This document shows, one piece after another, positions 9,073 to 20,600 of a stretch of DNA of 64,000 bases. Source of the stretch: a virus; the IMG/VR virus record IMGVR_UViG_3300011269_000001; one strand, 5' to 3'. How positions within the stretch are numbered: the stretch's first letter is position 1; each line of letters starts with the position of its first letter. The translations under genes and the position numbers were made by a program. The notes under the pieces were generated by a model, which was not told where the DNA came from, ran no database searches, and was given only the letters and a program-made list of their open reading frames with translations.

Positions 9073-9466
9073 GATTAACCCGCCCCGTTGGCTGGGCCGC
9101 CCGATAGTCGACCCTCATCACGCCAACGTCCTGGAGCGCAATGCAGCTGCCCATGAGTTCTTGCACGGCCACCGGCGTGAAGACGCCGAACGAAAGGCTC
9201 ATGAGGATTATCGGAAGGAATTCCATGAGAAGGCCGCTGGCCATCATCTCCAGGGCATGAAGATTGCCCAGGCTGCCGGCGAGCCTAACCATGCCCACAA
9301 GCATCGTCTTCTCTATGACCTGCACATGAAGGCTCTTAATCTTGACCCTATGGCAGCTGTACCGGCGCAGATTCAAGCCCACGCTGAGCAGAATCCCGGC
9401 CGGGCCACGTTTTACAAGTTTCACCCACACAAAGGGGACTTGTTCCTCTTTGAACCGAAAGAGTAA
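9062..9466 (+). CDS. His-rich hypothetical protein
   Basis: GAGGAG RBS, GTG start, co-oriented in operon. Confidence 0.6.
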   Translation: MARKINPPRWLGRPIVDPHHANVLERNAAAHEFLHGHRREDAERKAHEDYRKEFHEKAAGHHLQGMKIAQAAGEPNHAHKHRLLYDLHMKALNLDPMAAVPAQIQAHAEQNPGRATFYKFHPHKGDLFLFEPKE

Positions 9467-9468
9467 CC

Positions 9469-10479
9469 ATGGCAAGCGTATTCACAGAAAACAACTGGCA
9501 ACAGCTGACTCCGCTGCCGACTCCCCGGGCAGTGACCTGGGCTTTGGCCCGTCAGTGGCCGGGACAGGCAAACGCTATCTATCAGGTCGGCGGCTTCAGA
9601 GGTACCGGCACCCCGACTACAGCCGGCTACACCGCTGACATCGAAAGAACCCCCGTCAACGGAGATGGAACCCTCGGCCAGCCAGTAGTTGCTGGACAGA
9701 TTCCGGTCGGCGCCCGAGGTAACTGCGGTGCTACCATCTACAACGACAGACTCTACATCATCACCGGCGACGGCCCCGGGGCTGGCGTCATCAGTTGGTT
9801 CTGTTGGGGAAACATCCAAGGTGACGGTTCTATCTCTCAGATGAGTTTTGTCCAACTCCCGGAGCAGTTTGCCGGCTCTCGATTGGTTGTAGCTAACGGG
9901 TGGATTTACATCATCGGCGGTACCTTTGCTCCGGCAAACTTTGGGAACGGGAACATCTACAGTGCCCCGATTTACAGCGACGGGTCCCCAGGTCCTTTCC
10001 AGGTCATCAGTACTCCTCTACCGACTGGCAACATTGGCCTTGGCCACTCGACAGTTTTTGAGAAGGGCGGATATCTCTACCTTGCCGGTGGCCTCAACGG
10101 ATTCGGTGGTGTCTTCAACGCTTCTGCGGGAATTTGGAGTGCACGCGTACAGGCCAATGGACAACTTGACCCCTGGGTTTCGCTCGGGGCCATGAGTACC
10201 CCCCGTTGGCGCCATGGCGTCGTAGTTGTAGACGACCAGATTTTCTGGGGCGGCGGCAACGCCGGCAACCCCCTGGCCACGGTTTTATCCAGTGTCGACA
10301 CGGCGTATCGCGAAGGGGAGGGACAGTTGTCAAAGCTTCGAGTCCTTACGAATCCACTTCCGGCAGCCCTCAGAAACTGTCGACTGATGGAAGTGAACGG
10401 AATCATCTACAGCATCGGCGGTGCCGACGGAACAAACACAGCTCTGGCCGCGGTGAACGCCCTTAGTGTTAAGTGGTAA
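9469..10479 (+). CDS. Kelch-repeat beta-propeller protein
   Basis: Repeated IYxxGG units (IYQVGG, IYIIGG, LYLAGG, IFWGGG, IYSIGG) with W...(L/M)xxPR blade motifs. Confidence 0.8.
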   Translation: MASVFTENNWQQLTPLPTPRAVTWALARQWPGQANAIYQVGGFRGTGTPTTAGYTADIERTPVNGDGTLGQPVVAGQIPVGARGNCGATIYNDRLYIITGDGPGAGVISWFCWGNIQGDGSISQMSFVQLPEQFAGSRLVVANGWIYIIGGTFAPANFGNGNIYSAPIYSDGSPGPFQVISTPLPTGNIGLGHSTVFEKGGYLYLAGGLNGFGGVFNASAGIWSARVQANGQLDPWVSLGAMSTPRWRHGVVVVDDQIFWGGGNAGNPLATVLSSVDTAYREGEGQLSKLRVLTNPLPAALRNCRLMEVNGIIYSIGGADGTNTALAAVNALSVKW

Positions 10480-10480
10480 C

Positions 10481-10762
10481 ATGAGAATTGAAACACTTAA
10501 ATATTTTCGGAGCCTAATCAAAGCCACGTTGGAAGGGAAGTTCGGTGGCGATACTTTTGAGCTGCCACCCGAGCACCGGGCCGGGATGCGAGTGCCCAAA
10601 GGCGGCAGTTCCTGTGCAAACTGCAAATTTCTAGTTCCTGGTAACAAGTGCAAGAACGAGTACTGGGTGGCATGGCACGGTGGTGACAACAAGATTCCGG
10701 CTCCGGCAGATGAATATTGCTCGGATTTTTACGAGCCTCGTCGTGGTACAATGGAGAAATAG
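10481..10762 (+). CDS. Small Cys-containing hypothetical protein
   Basis: SCANCKF...C...YCSDF. Confidence 0.55.
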   Translation: MRIETLKYFRSLIKATLEGKFGGDTFELPPEHRAGMRVPKGGSSCANCKFLVPGNKCKNEYWVAWHGGDNKIPAPADEYCSDFYEPRRGTMEK

Positions 10763-10763
10763 A

Positions 10764-11022
10764 ATGTTCGAATACAAAGGCTACAAGTTTGAGGTCAAGG
10801 AAACGCGCGGGTTTTCTCTCTGGAATCCGGACCCGATGACCGGTGGGGTGAATGGCGAATTTCGAGTCACCGACAACGGCGCATGGTTTTACTTCGGTCA
10901 GTCTGAACTCGGCTTCACTTTTTCCACAGACCCTGAAGATGCTGCGCACATGCAGCGCGTGCTCATTGAGAGAGCGCTTATGGCCGTTGAACCACCGATG
11001 GTCAGGCGCGACGATTTCAACT

Positions 11023-11024
<2 letters not shown>
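10764..11024 (+). CDS. Hypothetical protein
   Basis: GGAG RBS before ATG 10764. Confidence 0.45.
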
Positions 11025-11452
<428 letters not shown>

Positions 11453-11456
<4 letters not shown>

Positions 11457-12373
11457 TTCCCTGCATTGCCGACAAAGAATCCGCCTGGTGCAGGTTCACC
11501 AAGGAGAACATTCCCGGTAGCTTTGACGCCTGGGCCAACATGAAAATCATTCGGTATATAAGGTCCAATGACTTTGGGATTCTGGCTCCCGGCCAGGACG
11601 GCAACCGAAATTCCTAGTTGTCCAAGACCCCGGGTCTTGTCGTTCCTGATGACGAAATCAAACCAGGTCTCGGGGATACCCTTCTGCTCCTGTTCGCTGG
11701 CATGGCCTTTGACCCCGACTTCCGGCCTCGACTCAACTTCGACGTTCTGAATCTTGACGGTCATGCCCCCGACCCTTTTGACTTCAAGGAGTTCGTTCCT
11801 GAATCGCCCGTCGCTGATGATGACCATGGACGGGGGAAGAATACCTTCAAAGTCAAAGATTCCTCGTTCCCGGTAGTAACCGTATCCGCCTTCCAGCAGG
11901 TCAGCCGCGGCACGAAGAGCGAAGCGTATCCAGAGGTTCTTGTCCACGGCTCGACCAAACTCCGTACCTAGGGTCTGCAAGGCCACCCGGGGGCTGAGTC
12001 CAACAACTTCGTTTATGAATGTTTTTGGAACAGCTAGACGTCTGACTAGGTAGAACCAATCGGTCAATTTATTCCGTTTGGGGCCATCAAGATTCATCTC
12101 ATCAAGGAAATCGTGTCTATGGTTAAGGAACCGGTCATACGATTCTTGCCAAAAAGCGGTTGAGTTTTGAAGGCTAGGTTCGTGGATAGCGTTTCGAGAT
12201 TCGCTGGGTCCCCAGAGTTGGTCGTTGGAAAAAAGAAAAATCTTTTGGGCGAAGCGCTTCATCGGGTCGGCGAGACTCAACTTGATGGCTCCGTAGTCCT
12301 TCACCAGGAAGTCGGCGACTGTATCCTTGCCGCTACCTGCCTGTCCAACGAGAATTAGAATCGGGGTACTCAT
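11453..12373 (-). CDS. Deoxynucleoside monophosphate kinase
   Basis: P-loop GQAGSGKDT, SLADPMK, PRVALQTLGTEFGR, ISDGRFRNE, HASE; start at MSTPILIL. Confidence 0.9.
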
Positions 12374-12496
12374 TTCTGTTCTCCTATCCATTTCGTCCAA
12401 CAAGTTCTGCAACCGCACCGGGGCTCGCGCTTGCCCTGGTACTTATTGGCATAGGAACATTTTTCTTTCTTTGCTTTCATTTGTACTTCCTCCTAC

Positions 12497-12567
12497 TGCC
12501 ACGGCGCCGAGTCGAACGGCGGTCTTCCCACCTATAAGACGGGGCTCTGCCCTTGAGCTACCGTAGC
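12497..12567 (-). tRNA. tRNA-Ile(TAT)
   Basis: GCTACGG/CCGTGGC acceptor with A73, CCCGT-CTTATAG-GTGGG anticodon arm, CGCCG-TTCGACT-CGGCG T-arm; 71 nt, one base short at the D/anticodon junction. Confidence 0.75.
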
Positions 12568-12575
12568 CAACCCCT

Positions 12576-12779
12576 CTAAACTTTGTGAGTCACCTTGATT
12601 GTGACCCCGAAACGGTCTCCAATTTGCAGCTTGTCCCAATCCCCAGGTAGCACTGGTATTTCCAGCGTCTTCAATCCGAAGATTCGGTCACCAACGAGAG
12701 CAGTAACGGAAACGGAGAAGACGTTTATTCCGGTGTCGCCGGTGATGTGCTTGCTGTCAACAATGTATTCAATGTTCAT
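12576..12779 (-). CDS. Small hypothetical protein
   Basis: Coupled start/stop with the upstream gene. Confidence 0.5.
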   Translation of the reverse strand: MNIEYIVDSKHITGDTGINVFSVSVTALVGDRIFGLKTLEIPVLPGDWDKLQIGDRFGVTIKVTHKV

Positions 12780-13045
12780 TGGACTTCCACCAATTCTTGT
12801 TTGGGAGTGGCAAAATTCAGCTCCAGGGATGCTTCGAAAAGAGAGTTGAGTGTGGTCTCGTCAAAGAGTTCTTTCGAAACCAGGACCTCGATGCGGCTGG
12901 CGCCATATCCGGTCCACCGCTGCTGTTGGGTCTCGGGGACGGGAATCAAGGAGAACCAATAAGATTGCTGGAAGTTTCCCTTGGTGTCCTTGTATTGCTG
13001 CGAGAACTTCGTATCCACGCGGAACTTGTAGGCGATGGTGAACAT
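12776..13045 (-). CDS. Small hypothetical protein
   Basis: AAGGA RBS and ATG. Confidence 0.5.
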   Translation of the reverse strand: MFTIAYKFRVDTKFSQQYKDTKGNFQQSYWFSLIPVPETQQQRWTGYGASRIEVLVSKELFDETTLNSLFEASLELNFATPKQELVEVQ

Positions 13046-13102
13046 TGACGTTTCCTTTCATTGTCGGGGCTGGCGACAATCTTTGAGAGTATAATACCAC
13101 AG

Positions 13103-14524
13103 GTGGCCAACCGAATGCACGTCTACATTTCCTGGGAGTCGGATACATTCCACGATGAGCTTCAGTCTACCATCATGGCGAACGATGCTGAAGCCATCCG
13201 ACACCTAAATCAGCGTGCTGAGCACTCCAACCTGATTTGGTCTAGCTGGTCTGCCGCCCGCGGCGGCTCGATTATTTTTCTGAGCGCCGGTCGGGGCCTG
13301 GCCGATATAGAGGCTGCACATCTTGGGGAGCTTCCGAACATTCATCAACAGTACGGCGACGACCTCGGCCAGAAAGTCAGTGTCGGTGTCGGTACCAACC
13401 CCTTTGAGGCTGACAGAGCCCGAAAGTTTGCCTGGAAGTTGGGTGGCGACAGAATTATTATCTTCGAAGAAGGCCTGGAAGACTTCAGCCATACCGAAGA
13501 GGAATCCGCAGAACTTTCGAAGGCCGAGACTTGGCAGGACCTGACCCCGGAACAGAAGTCTGAGTTCAGGCGCCAGTACCGTGAGGACATCCAGAAGCTA
13601 GCCAAGATGGAATTCCCGATGGCTGCGGTTCGTGACGGCCAAAAATATGAAATCCTCGGCCCGCTAAGTAACGTCCAGGGTCAGTGGGGTTCTGACCACA
13701 TTGTCCTTGCCAAGTCCGAAGACGGGAAAAAACATTTTCTCGACGCCCGTGAATTGTGCACCGATGGACAACCCCTGGTCCGGCCGGCTCCGCCCCGGTT
13801 TGGCTACCTGTTCAAGGCCGATGAACCCGGTCGCCACATCCCCAGTAGGCCCGCGGCACCGGCGAAGCCAACGATGTCCGGCGAGCACGAAGAGGCTCAA
13901 GTCGCCCAGCAGGCAGCCGAGGCCCAGCAAGCTGCGGTACCGGAGCAGACCGATGCCGGTGAAGGATTCCTTGGCCAGTTGAAGGCTCTGGCTGATGGAC
14001 AGCAGGACCAGGACAGCCAGGCTGTTCAGGACGATGCCGGCGATGACCGTGCAGAAGTTAAAGCTACGGTGGTGAAGATTCTCAAGGACATCCAGGCTAA
14101 GAGTCCGAACCTGAACGAAATCCGCGAGAAGGACCCGGACCTCTACAATTCCATCTCCGGACTGGTCAAGGTGCTCATCACCATGACCCGGGAACTTGTC
14201 AAGGAACAACCGCAGCAAGCGGCCCAGCCGACTCAGAAGGAAGAATTAGACCCGGCTCATCCACCGCCGGAAGGTAGCCGGGTCCTGGATAAAGAGGACA
14301 TCGAGAAAGCTGCACTTCCGATGCCCAAGGCTCCGACTCGACACGAACTCAACCTCCCTGTTGGTAGTCAGAAAGATTCCTCGCCTGGTGGTAGCCAGGA
14401 TGCCGGTAAGCTCAAGGTCCAAGACCCGAAGACCGGCAAAGAGAAATGGCGCAGCGTTCGTGCCGGTCTTGTCATGGACCCCGGCGGTGCCCCGACTTCC
14501 AGCCGCAATCCATCAGGAGAGTAA
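13103..14524 (+). CDS. Acidic putative head-internal protein; N-terminal degenerate GGDEF/cyclase-like fold possible
   Basis: Follows CAATCTT (13077); start GTG 13103 or ATG 13115; VSVGVG...EADRA...AxKxGGDRI resembles the end of a GGDEF-like fold; LxK[AS] motifs. Confidence 0.55.
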   Translation: MANRMHVYISWESDTFHDELQSTIMANDAEAIRHLNQRAEHSNLIWSSWSAARGGSIIFLSAGRGLADIEAAHLGELPNIHQQYGDDLGQKVSVGVGTNPFEADRARKFAWKLGGDRIIIFEEGLEDFSHTEEESAELSKAETWQDLTPEQKSEFRRQYREDIQKLAKMEFPMAAVRDGQKYEILGPLSNVQGQWGSDHIVLAKSEDGKKHFLDARELCTDGQPLVRPAPPRFGYLFKADEPGRHIPSRPAAPAKPTMSGEHEEAQVAQQAAEAQQAAVPEQTDAGEGFLGQLKALADGQQDQDSQAVQDDAGDDRAEVKATVVKILKDIQAKSPNLNEIREKDPDLYNSISGLVKVLITMTRELVKEQPQQAAQPTQKEELDPAHPPPEGSRVLDKEDIEKAALPMPKAPTRHELNLPVGSQKDSSPGGSQDAGKLKVQDPKTGKEKWRSVRAGLVMDPGGAPTSSRNPSGE

Positions 14525-14711
14525 TCGTGTGGAAAGGTTGGCCGCGAGACATCAAAGGGTTTTTGTGGGCAGTTTTTATCATGGTCGTTCTCCTTGCTGC
14601 TGTGCCGTTTATTTGGTCTGTAGACTGGCGCTGTAAACGGCGGGAAAAGCGGGGCCAGTCATTATATACATAAATTTTGACATCTCCGACATTCTCAAGC
14701 TCGGGGAAGAA

Positions 14712-15488
14712 TTGCGCCCCAAAGCCCAGGAAGTGTTCAGCGATGCCATGCGCGACCTCAGTGCACAAGCCCACGCTCACCTTCTTGAGCAGGTACAGAG
14801 CAAGCTCCATTCCACGAGACAGAAGTACATCGACGCCCTGAGATTTGAGCAAGTCGAAGACGGGGCCTGGCTTATAACCCTGGAACCGAGTGCTCTCTGG
14901 ATTGAGGAAGGTATTCCTGCCAACCGGGAGATGATTGACGACCTCCTGAAGAGTAAAAAGGCCAAGATGTCCAAAGACGGGAGCCGGTACCTGTCTGTGC
15001 CGATGCAACACAACAAGGGTCCGTCGCAGCAGACCCCGGCTCAACAGGACCTGACTGCTACTCTCAAGTCTGAACTCAAGCGCCGGAACATCCCTTACGG
15101 GAAGATTGAAAAGGATAGCGCCGGTAATCCCAAGGTTGGGCTCCTGCACAAATTCGACATCCGTCACGGGCCGATGAAGACCGCTCACGGGCCTGGTCAA
15201 GGTAAGGGGCTCATCGGCCAGGTCCGCCAGGGGTCGAGCGGGATTCCATTTCTACAGGGAGTCCGTGTCTATCAGAAACCGGTTAAGGACAAGACCGGAA
15301 AGACCAGTGTCCAGCGCTCAATCATGACCTTCCGGACCGTGAGCAGCAAGCAGAAGGGCAGCGGCAAATGGGTCCATCCGGGCCTGACGCCAAAACATTT
15401 CTTCGAAGAAACCGCGGATTGGGCGCTTCAGGAATGGGAACGTCGCATCAAGGACAAAGTCCTCGATTCCCTGGTCAAGAATCTTTAA
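14712..15488 (+). CDS. Putative neck / tail-completion protein
   Basis: LLKSKKAKMSKDGSRYLSVP and TFRTVSSK...WVHPG resemble SPO1/Twort-like neck proteins; frame is open back to 14637, so the real start may be further upstream. Confidence 0.55.
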   Translation: MRPKAQEVFSDAMRDLSAQAHAHLLEQVQSKLHSTRQKYIDALRFEQVEDGAWLITLEPSALWIEEGIPANREMIDDLLKSKKAKMSKDGSRYLSVPMQHNKGPSQQTPAQQDLTATLKSELKRRNIPYGKIEKDSAGNPKVGLLHKFDIRHGPMKTAHGPGQGKGLIGQVRQGSSGIPFLQGVRVYQKPVKDKTGKTSVQRSIMTFRTVSSKQKGSGKWVHPGLTPKHFFEETADWALQEWERRIKDKVLDSLVKNL

Positions 15489-15808
15489 CTGTTCTTGGTG
15501 ATGATGTTCTTGAGCCGGGTGTAAGACGTCTGCAGGACGTCCATCAGGTCATTGATTGAAATCCGGTCGTAGGGATAGGCGGTGTTGAATCCCTGTGCCT
15601 GGGCTCCCAGGACCTGGATGATGATACTGGCTGTGTTCCGAAGCCAATCGGCTCGATATCCTTCCGGCTTCTTCCCGGCTCGTAGCTCTGACGCCATGTT
15701 CTCCCGCTGGATGACTCCCCATCGGAGTTTGGTGCCTTCGTCTGTCACCAGCTTAAATAAAACTTCGGTCGCGAACTGCATTTCTTTTTCCGAGTGCGGT
15801 GTTTCCAT
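15485..15808 (-). CDS. Hypothetical protein
   Basis: Single inverted gene; TGTGGTAAGAT extended -10-like element just upstream. Confidence 0.5.
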   Translation of the reverse strand: METPHSEKEMQFATEVLFKLVTDEGTKLRWGVIQRENMASELRAGKKPEGYRADWLRNTASIIIQVLGAQAQGFNTAYPYDRISINDLMDVLQTSYTRLKNIITKNS

Positions 15809-15901
15809 AGGGGAACAATCTTACCACAGAGGCCGTGAATACATACTTTCAGTATGCTTTGCGGGAATGAACAAATCCTCTAAGTGAAATAGCAGGCTGA
15901 G

Positions 15902-16555
15902 ATGCGAGATTCAATACCAGAATCATTTACAGAAGCCCCCGGCGTCAAATTTCCTTCAACCGTTGCATGGATGGGCGGCTCGATTTCAACAAGGGAACCA
16001 GTATATCTGCCTGGAAGCATACAACCAATTTCCTTGACCACGGCCGGCGCGGTTCGGACAAAACAGACAAATGTTACTCCTGTATATGCCCCTAGTCTAT
16101 TGACGAACTCCACGACAAGTCCCTCAAATTTGTTTGTGATTGAATCTGGTCCAACCAAACAGACAATTTTACGGGCAATAATTATCAATTTCTCTGGTAC
16201 CCAGACAACAGCGGGGATAAGGACTATATCTTTTACAAGAACTACGACCGCTTCTGTTGGCGGCGTCTTTGTCCCAAGTAGATACGACAACGGTGACGCA
16301 AATTTCTCTGGAATTTTTAGGGCGCTACCGTCGGTCCTAGGCACATTAGACCAAGGGGTTGGTTTCGATGTTGATTTTTTTGTACCGGCTACTATCACGG
16401 CAGCCTTTGCGCCAATAGTTGTTGACTTCACTCTCGGGGGCAGCATCAAGGGTCTCGTAATACCCATCGGCACTTCAAATGGAATCTTGGTTCGAGACAG
16501 CGGAGCCCCTGGAGCCACAAACCTAAGCCTGGTGCTGATATTCACAGAAGAATAA
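15902..16555 (+). CDS. Beta-rich hypothetical (possibly structural) protein
   Basis: Thr/Ser/Gly-rich 217 aa ORF; visibly more AT-rich than flanking genes. Confidence 0.5.
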   Translation: MRDSIPESFTEAPGVKFPSTVAWMGGSISTREPVYLPGSIQPISLTTAGAVRTKQTNVTPVYAPSLLTNSTTSPSNLFVIESGPTKQTILRAIIINFSGTQTTAGIRTISFTRTTTASVGGVFVPSRYDNGDANFSGIFRALPSVLGTLDQGVGFDVDFFVPATITAAFAPIVVDFTLGGSIKGLVIPIGTSNGILVRDSGAPGATNLSLVLIFTEE

Positions 16556-16591
16556 AATCCACACCACTACGAGGGAGCAATCTTCTAGTGT

Positions 16592-17602
16592 ATGGCCCCA
16601 GGAAGCACCCCACTCGCGCCCAATCTCAGTACCACTGAAGTCCAGGGAATCTTTCAGGGTGATATCATCATCCGGAAGGCCCTGACTGCGGCTATTGCTG
16701 ACATCAGGGCCAATCCCCAGTTGCTGGATTATGTCTGGGCAGGTCTTCCCAAGGACTCTCTGTCTTCCAAGGAATACGGACAGCTGGAACTTTCCGAGGC
16801 CAAGAAGTGGATTCTGCAACATGAATTCCCGGTCAAGATGGCCCCGGCCCCGCAAGAAGGTCGGTGGCATTGTCTCACCATCCAACTTGTTGGCAGCCAG
16901 GAAATCGAAGCCGAATCTACGCTCTCGGACGTCCACTATACCCCCAGCGAGTTGAATGACAGCAGCTGGCCGACGTACGCCGGACCTTTTACTCCGCTTG
17001 GCTACAATCCCGCCACGGGAATCATCACCGCTCCGCCGGGGGTTGTCAATCCATTTGCCCTGACCACGAATATGTTCATCGTGGATAGATTCGGGAAAGC
17101 GTTTCCAATCACCACGGTCAACGACGACGGAACCTTCGGCGTAGCTCCTGGGACTGAGACAGATTTCACCGGCGCCATTATCAAGACAGAGCGCCCGGGA
17201 TTCATTACCTCCTTGGAGTCTTCGAGCTTCAGGGAAACGTACCGAATCGGAGTCCATACCGGTTCCGAGCCCGTGTATCTTTTCTGGTTGCACAGTGTCC
17301 TGGTCTTCATCCTGCTCCGGTACAAGCAAGTCTTTCTGGAGGCTCGCGGATTCGAGCGGACGACTATCAGCAGCAGTGACTTTGCCCGGGACCCGAATTT
17401 CGAAATATATGAGGGCGTCTACAGTCGGTACGTGACCGTGACCGGATATTGTCGCAACTTCTGGCCGAAGTTCACCGACCTCCGCATCAGCACCACGGTT
17501 CCTGAAATCATGACCGATGGCGGTAGCAAGAGCCCGTCGAACGTGAATCCGAATACTGAGCTTTGGTTCATGGACCAAGATGCTCTGACTCCGAAGAAGT
17601 AG
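16592..17602 (+). CDS. Putative tail terminator / tail-completion protein
   Basis: Position upstream of the sheath; YRIGVHT...LFWLHSVLVFILLRYK pattern; ATG 7 nt after CAATCTT. Confidence 0.5.
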   Translation: MAPGSTPLAPNLSTTEVQGIFQGDIIIRKALTAAIADIRANPQLLDYVWAGLPKDSLSSKEYGQLELSEAKKWILQHEFPVKMAPAPQEGRWHCLTIQLVGSQEIEAESTLSDVHYTPSELNDSSWPTYAGPFTPLGYNPATGIITAPPGVVNPFALTTNMFIVDRFGKAFPITTVNDDGTFGVAPGTETDFTGAIIKTERPGFITSLESSSFRETYRIGVHTGSEPVYLFWLHSVLVFILLRYKQVFLEARGFERTTISSSDFARDPNFEIYEGVYSRYVTVTGYCRNFWPKFTDLRISTTVPEIMTDGGSKSPSNVNPNTELWFMDQDALTPKK

Positions 17603-17618
17603 GCGCAATCTTCTACCC

Positions 17619-20600
17619 ATGGACTCGATTGCGCCCCAGCCTCAGACTCAGCCTTTGCTCGGCGGCGGAACCTTCGGAATCATGTCCGCGGAAAAGCCTC
17701 TATACCCGAGTCTGGCGCCACACGGTCACGAAGCGCTCGGCAAAATATTAAAGCGCCATGGACTTCAATTCCAGGAAACTCACGGTCGCTACCAGGAACC
17801 TGAGCGCGCGTATATCATCCACGGCATCCAACCCGACTTCCTCCGGTACCTGGGCAAGCTTTTCGGCCAGGAGTCTGTAGTCCACAGCCAAGACGGACAG
17901 CACCGACTCATTTACACGAACGGTCCCCACGAGGGCAAGTATCACCCGCAAGACGTTCAGAATCCGGTGGAGATGTTCCAAGACCACCCGGATGACTATT
18001 ATACGCACGTCCCCGGCCAAGGGTACGCCCGCATCAACTTTGATTGGAACCGACTTCATCCCCTGGTCGAGACCGGTGTCCGCAAGGATGAGTACACCAT
18101 TGAAGAAGCAGTTGCTATCCTCAGAAAGCATTTTGCTCATGCGAAGTTTCAGCCTCACCCGCACGCATACAGCTGGCATGACGGTCACACCGACCATCAC
18201 CTGGAGGTCAATGACCCGCTAGGTAAAGCCGACCCAGTGCATCCGCACATGAGCCAACCAGAACCTCCTGTGGCTCCGAAGAATTTCGAGAACGAGCAGG
18301 CCATGGCCCCGGGCGGCGCGACCTACCATCAGTTCGCGGCCCCATACGGTCAGGTGACTCCGGCTCAGCAGACCAATCTCCGACACTACCGATATGAAGG
18401 CAAGCTCCCGCAGATTGAAGACCTAGTCAAGCGCCACGGCTACCAGACCTACTATGCCGGCGGCCGGTACGGGAAACCGGACCTTGCCAGGAAGAATTAT
18501 AACACCGGGCACCTGATGGTTTATGACCCGACTCCGGGTAGTGGTGGCGACTTCAAAGACGAAGAGTACAACCGCGGTTGGCGACAGATTCACGAACTCA
18601 GTCACGCTCTGACCTATCCCGAATTAAATAAAATCTACGGCGAGGGTCGACGCATCGGCAAGCTCGGTACCCACCGAAACCTCCGGGAAGCTCTCCGGGC
18701 CGTGCACTGGGAATGGTTGGCGGCTCACAAGCAGCGAGAACTCAGTAACCAACTCGGGGTCCCGATGAGTGACGAGGACTTCCACCGGGAGCTGAATACG
18801 GTCATGCACGATGCCGCGCATCGGGCCGTGACGGGACAATTCACCGAACCCGGGGGCGAAGGCTTTACACCCCACAGCCACAAGATTCCCTTGGCTACGG
18901 CGTTGGACATGGTCCGCGACCACGCTGTCCGTCTTGGGCTCAAGGGCATGGAAGACACGCTGAAGAAGCCGCTGCTTCGAAGCGAGCAGAACACAATCTT
19001 AAAGAGTAACGAGGAGACTGCTGTGGCCGATGAGAAAACCTTTAGTCCCGAGGAAGTGAGAAATATTCTTCTCGGCTTCACTCAAGAACGCATCGCAAAG
19101 ATGGAACAGTCTCTCGTCGACCTCCGACAGCGAGAACTCAAGAAGGCTGTCCCCCCGCAGAGTAGAACCCCGGGTCAGACCGCTGTCAGTTCCGGCATTG
19201 ATGATATTCCCCCTGGCGCTCTTGAAGCAGCCGGCAGAAAGTCCGAGCTGGAGAAAGTGACTCCCCCGGGTCGCGAGGAACAAGTCCGGAAACTGAAGCA
19301 AAAGCCCGGTATCGACAATCCCTGGGCGGTGGCTTGGTCTTCGTACAACAAAGACAAGAAAAAGGCTGAATACTCTTCAGAGGAGTATCACAAAGATGAA
19401 GTCAGTGTCAGTGTCAGCGAGTCCTCGGGCGAGAGCCCTGAGATTCGTGTCCGCACCAAGAAGACTGCTCAGACCGATACTCATACCGGCCAGATGCAGG
19501 CTGAGGCTATTTCTCTGGCTGAGAAAGAACCCCGGGACAGGAAAGCGTATCTGAAAAGCATTGCTCATTCCGTGAGAACTCACTACGCCACCGGCGCTGG
19601 ACCTAAGCGTCTGCAGAGCCAACATTCCATCACCCCGCGTGAGTTTCATGAGATTCTTTCCGGGACACATACTCAGAAAGCAGAAGCCGGCCCGAGTCCT
19701 CATGAGTCCATGGGGGCTGAGACCGGTTCTGGGACTCTGGCGGCTAGCGAAAAGTCTGTTGGCGAGCCGATGAAGAAAAACATCACCGGACCGGCGAGCC
19801 CAATCACCAGCACCGCGGCATCACTGGAACCAGGCGGAGCCACGGGGCCATTCCTGGCCATGGCTGAAAAAGGACCGAGCAGCCCAGAAGAGCATAAGCT
19901 TCGAATCGCCCGGCAGACCGGCAAGATGCCCAAGGAGATGGTAGGTGTCATGGGCGGCCCGTCTAAAGAACAAGCCGCACGAACTATTGCTGAGGATAAA
20001 GCAAAGCGGGCAAAGGAAGCCAAGAAAACTGAACTCCAAGGTTGGAAGGGCCACGACAAGCACAACGAGGTCGACAAAGAAGGTGTCCTGCCCAAAGACG
20101 CGGAGCCCAGGCTCTACCAGCGCGATACCGCAACTGGCAGTGGCGGGAAAATTATCGACAACCGGAAGAATGTCGGCAAGACTGAACCCAAGGCCGAAAA
20201 GCCAAACATGCCCAGAGATTACACCGCGGCAGGCGTTATCAATGCCCGCGGGGCACAAAAAGCCGAACCCCCGATGGCTAAGCCACCGAGTGGTAAAAAT
20301 CCAGCTACTAACATTTCGGCCAGTAAACCTGCGGCCCCAAAGGCTGGGGGAATGCCGGCTGGTGGCGGTGGAATAAAGACCGGGGGAATGCGCATGCCCG
20401 GGCTTAGAGTCAACACCGGTGGCGTGAATATCGGTGGCCCGATGGCCATGAAGTCCGAAGCGGAAATGAAGAAGTTCATCGGTGGTATGTCCGGTAGTTC
20501 AGGCGTCAGTAGTCCTCGTCTCTTTTCTCGGCCGAACAAGCCCTTCAGGCAAGGCGTTGGCCCGATGCAACCGACTGCGACCCAACCGGCTCCGGCTCCA

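Noticed and set aside
15816-15822. CAATCTT as a late promoter for the gene at 15902
   Set aside because: Ambiguous: it equally reads as TGTGGTAAGAT, the extended -10 of the divergent gene at 15808, so it was not counted.
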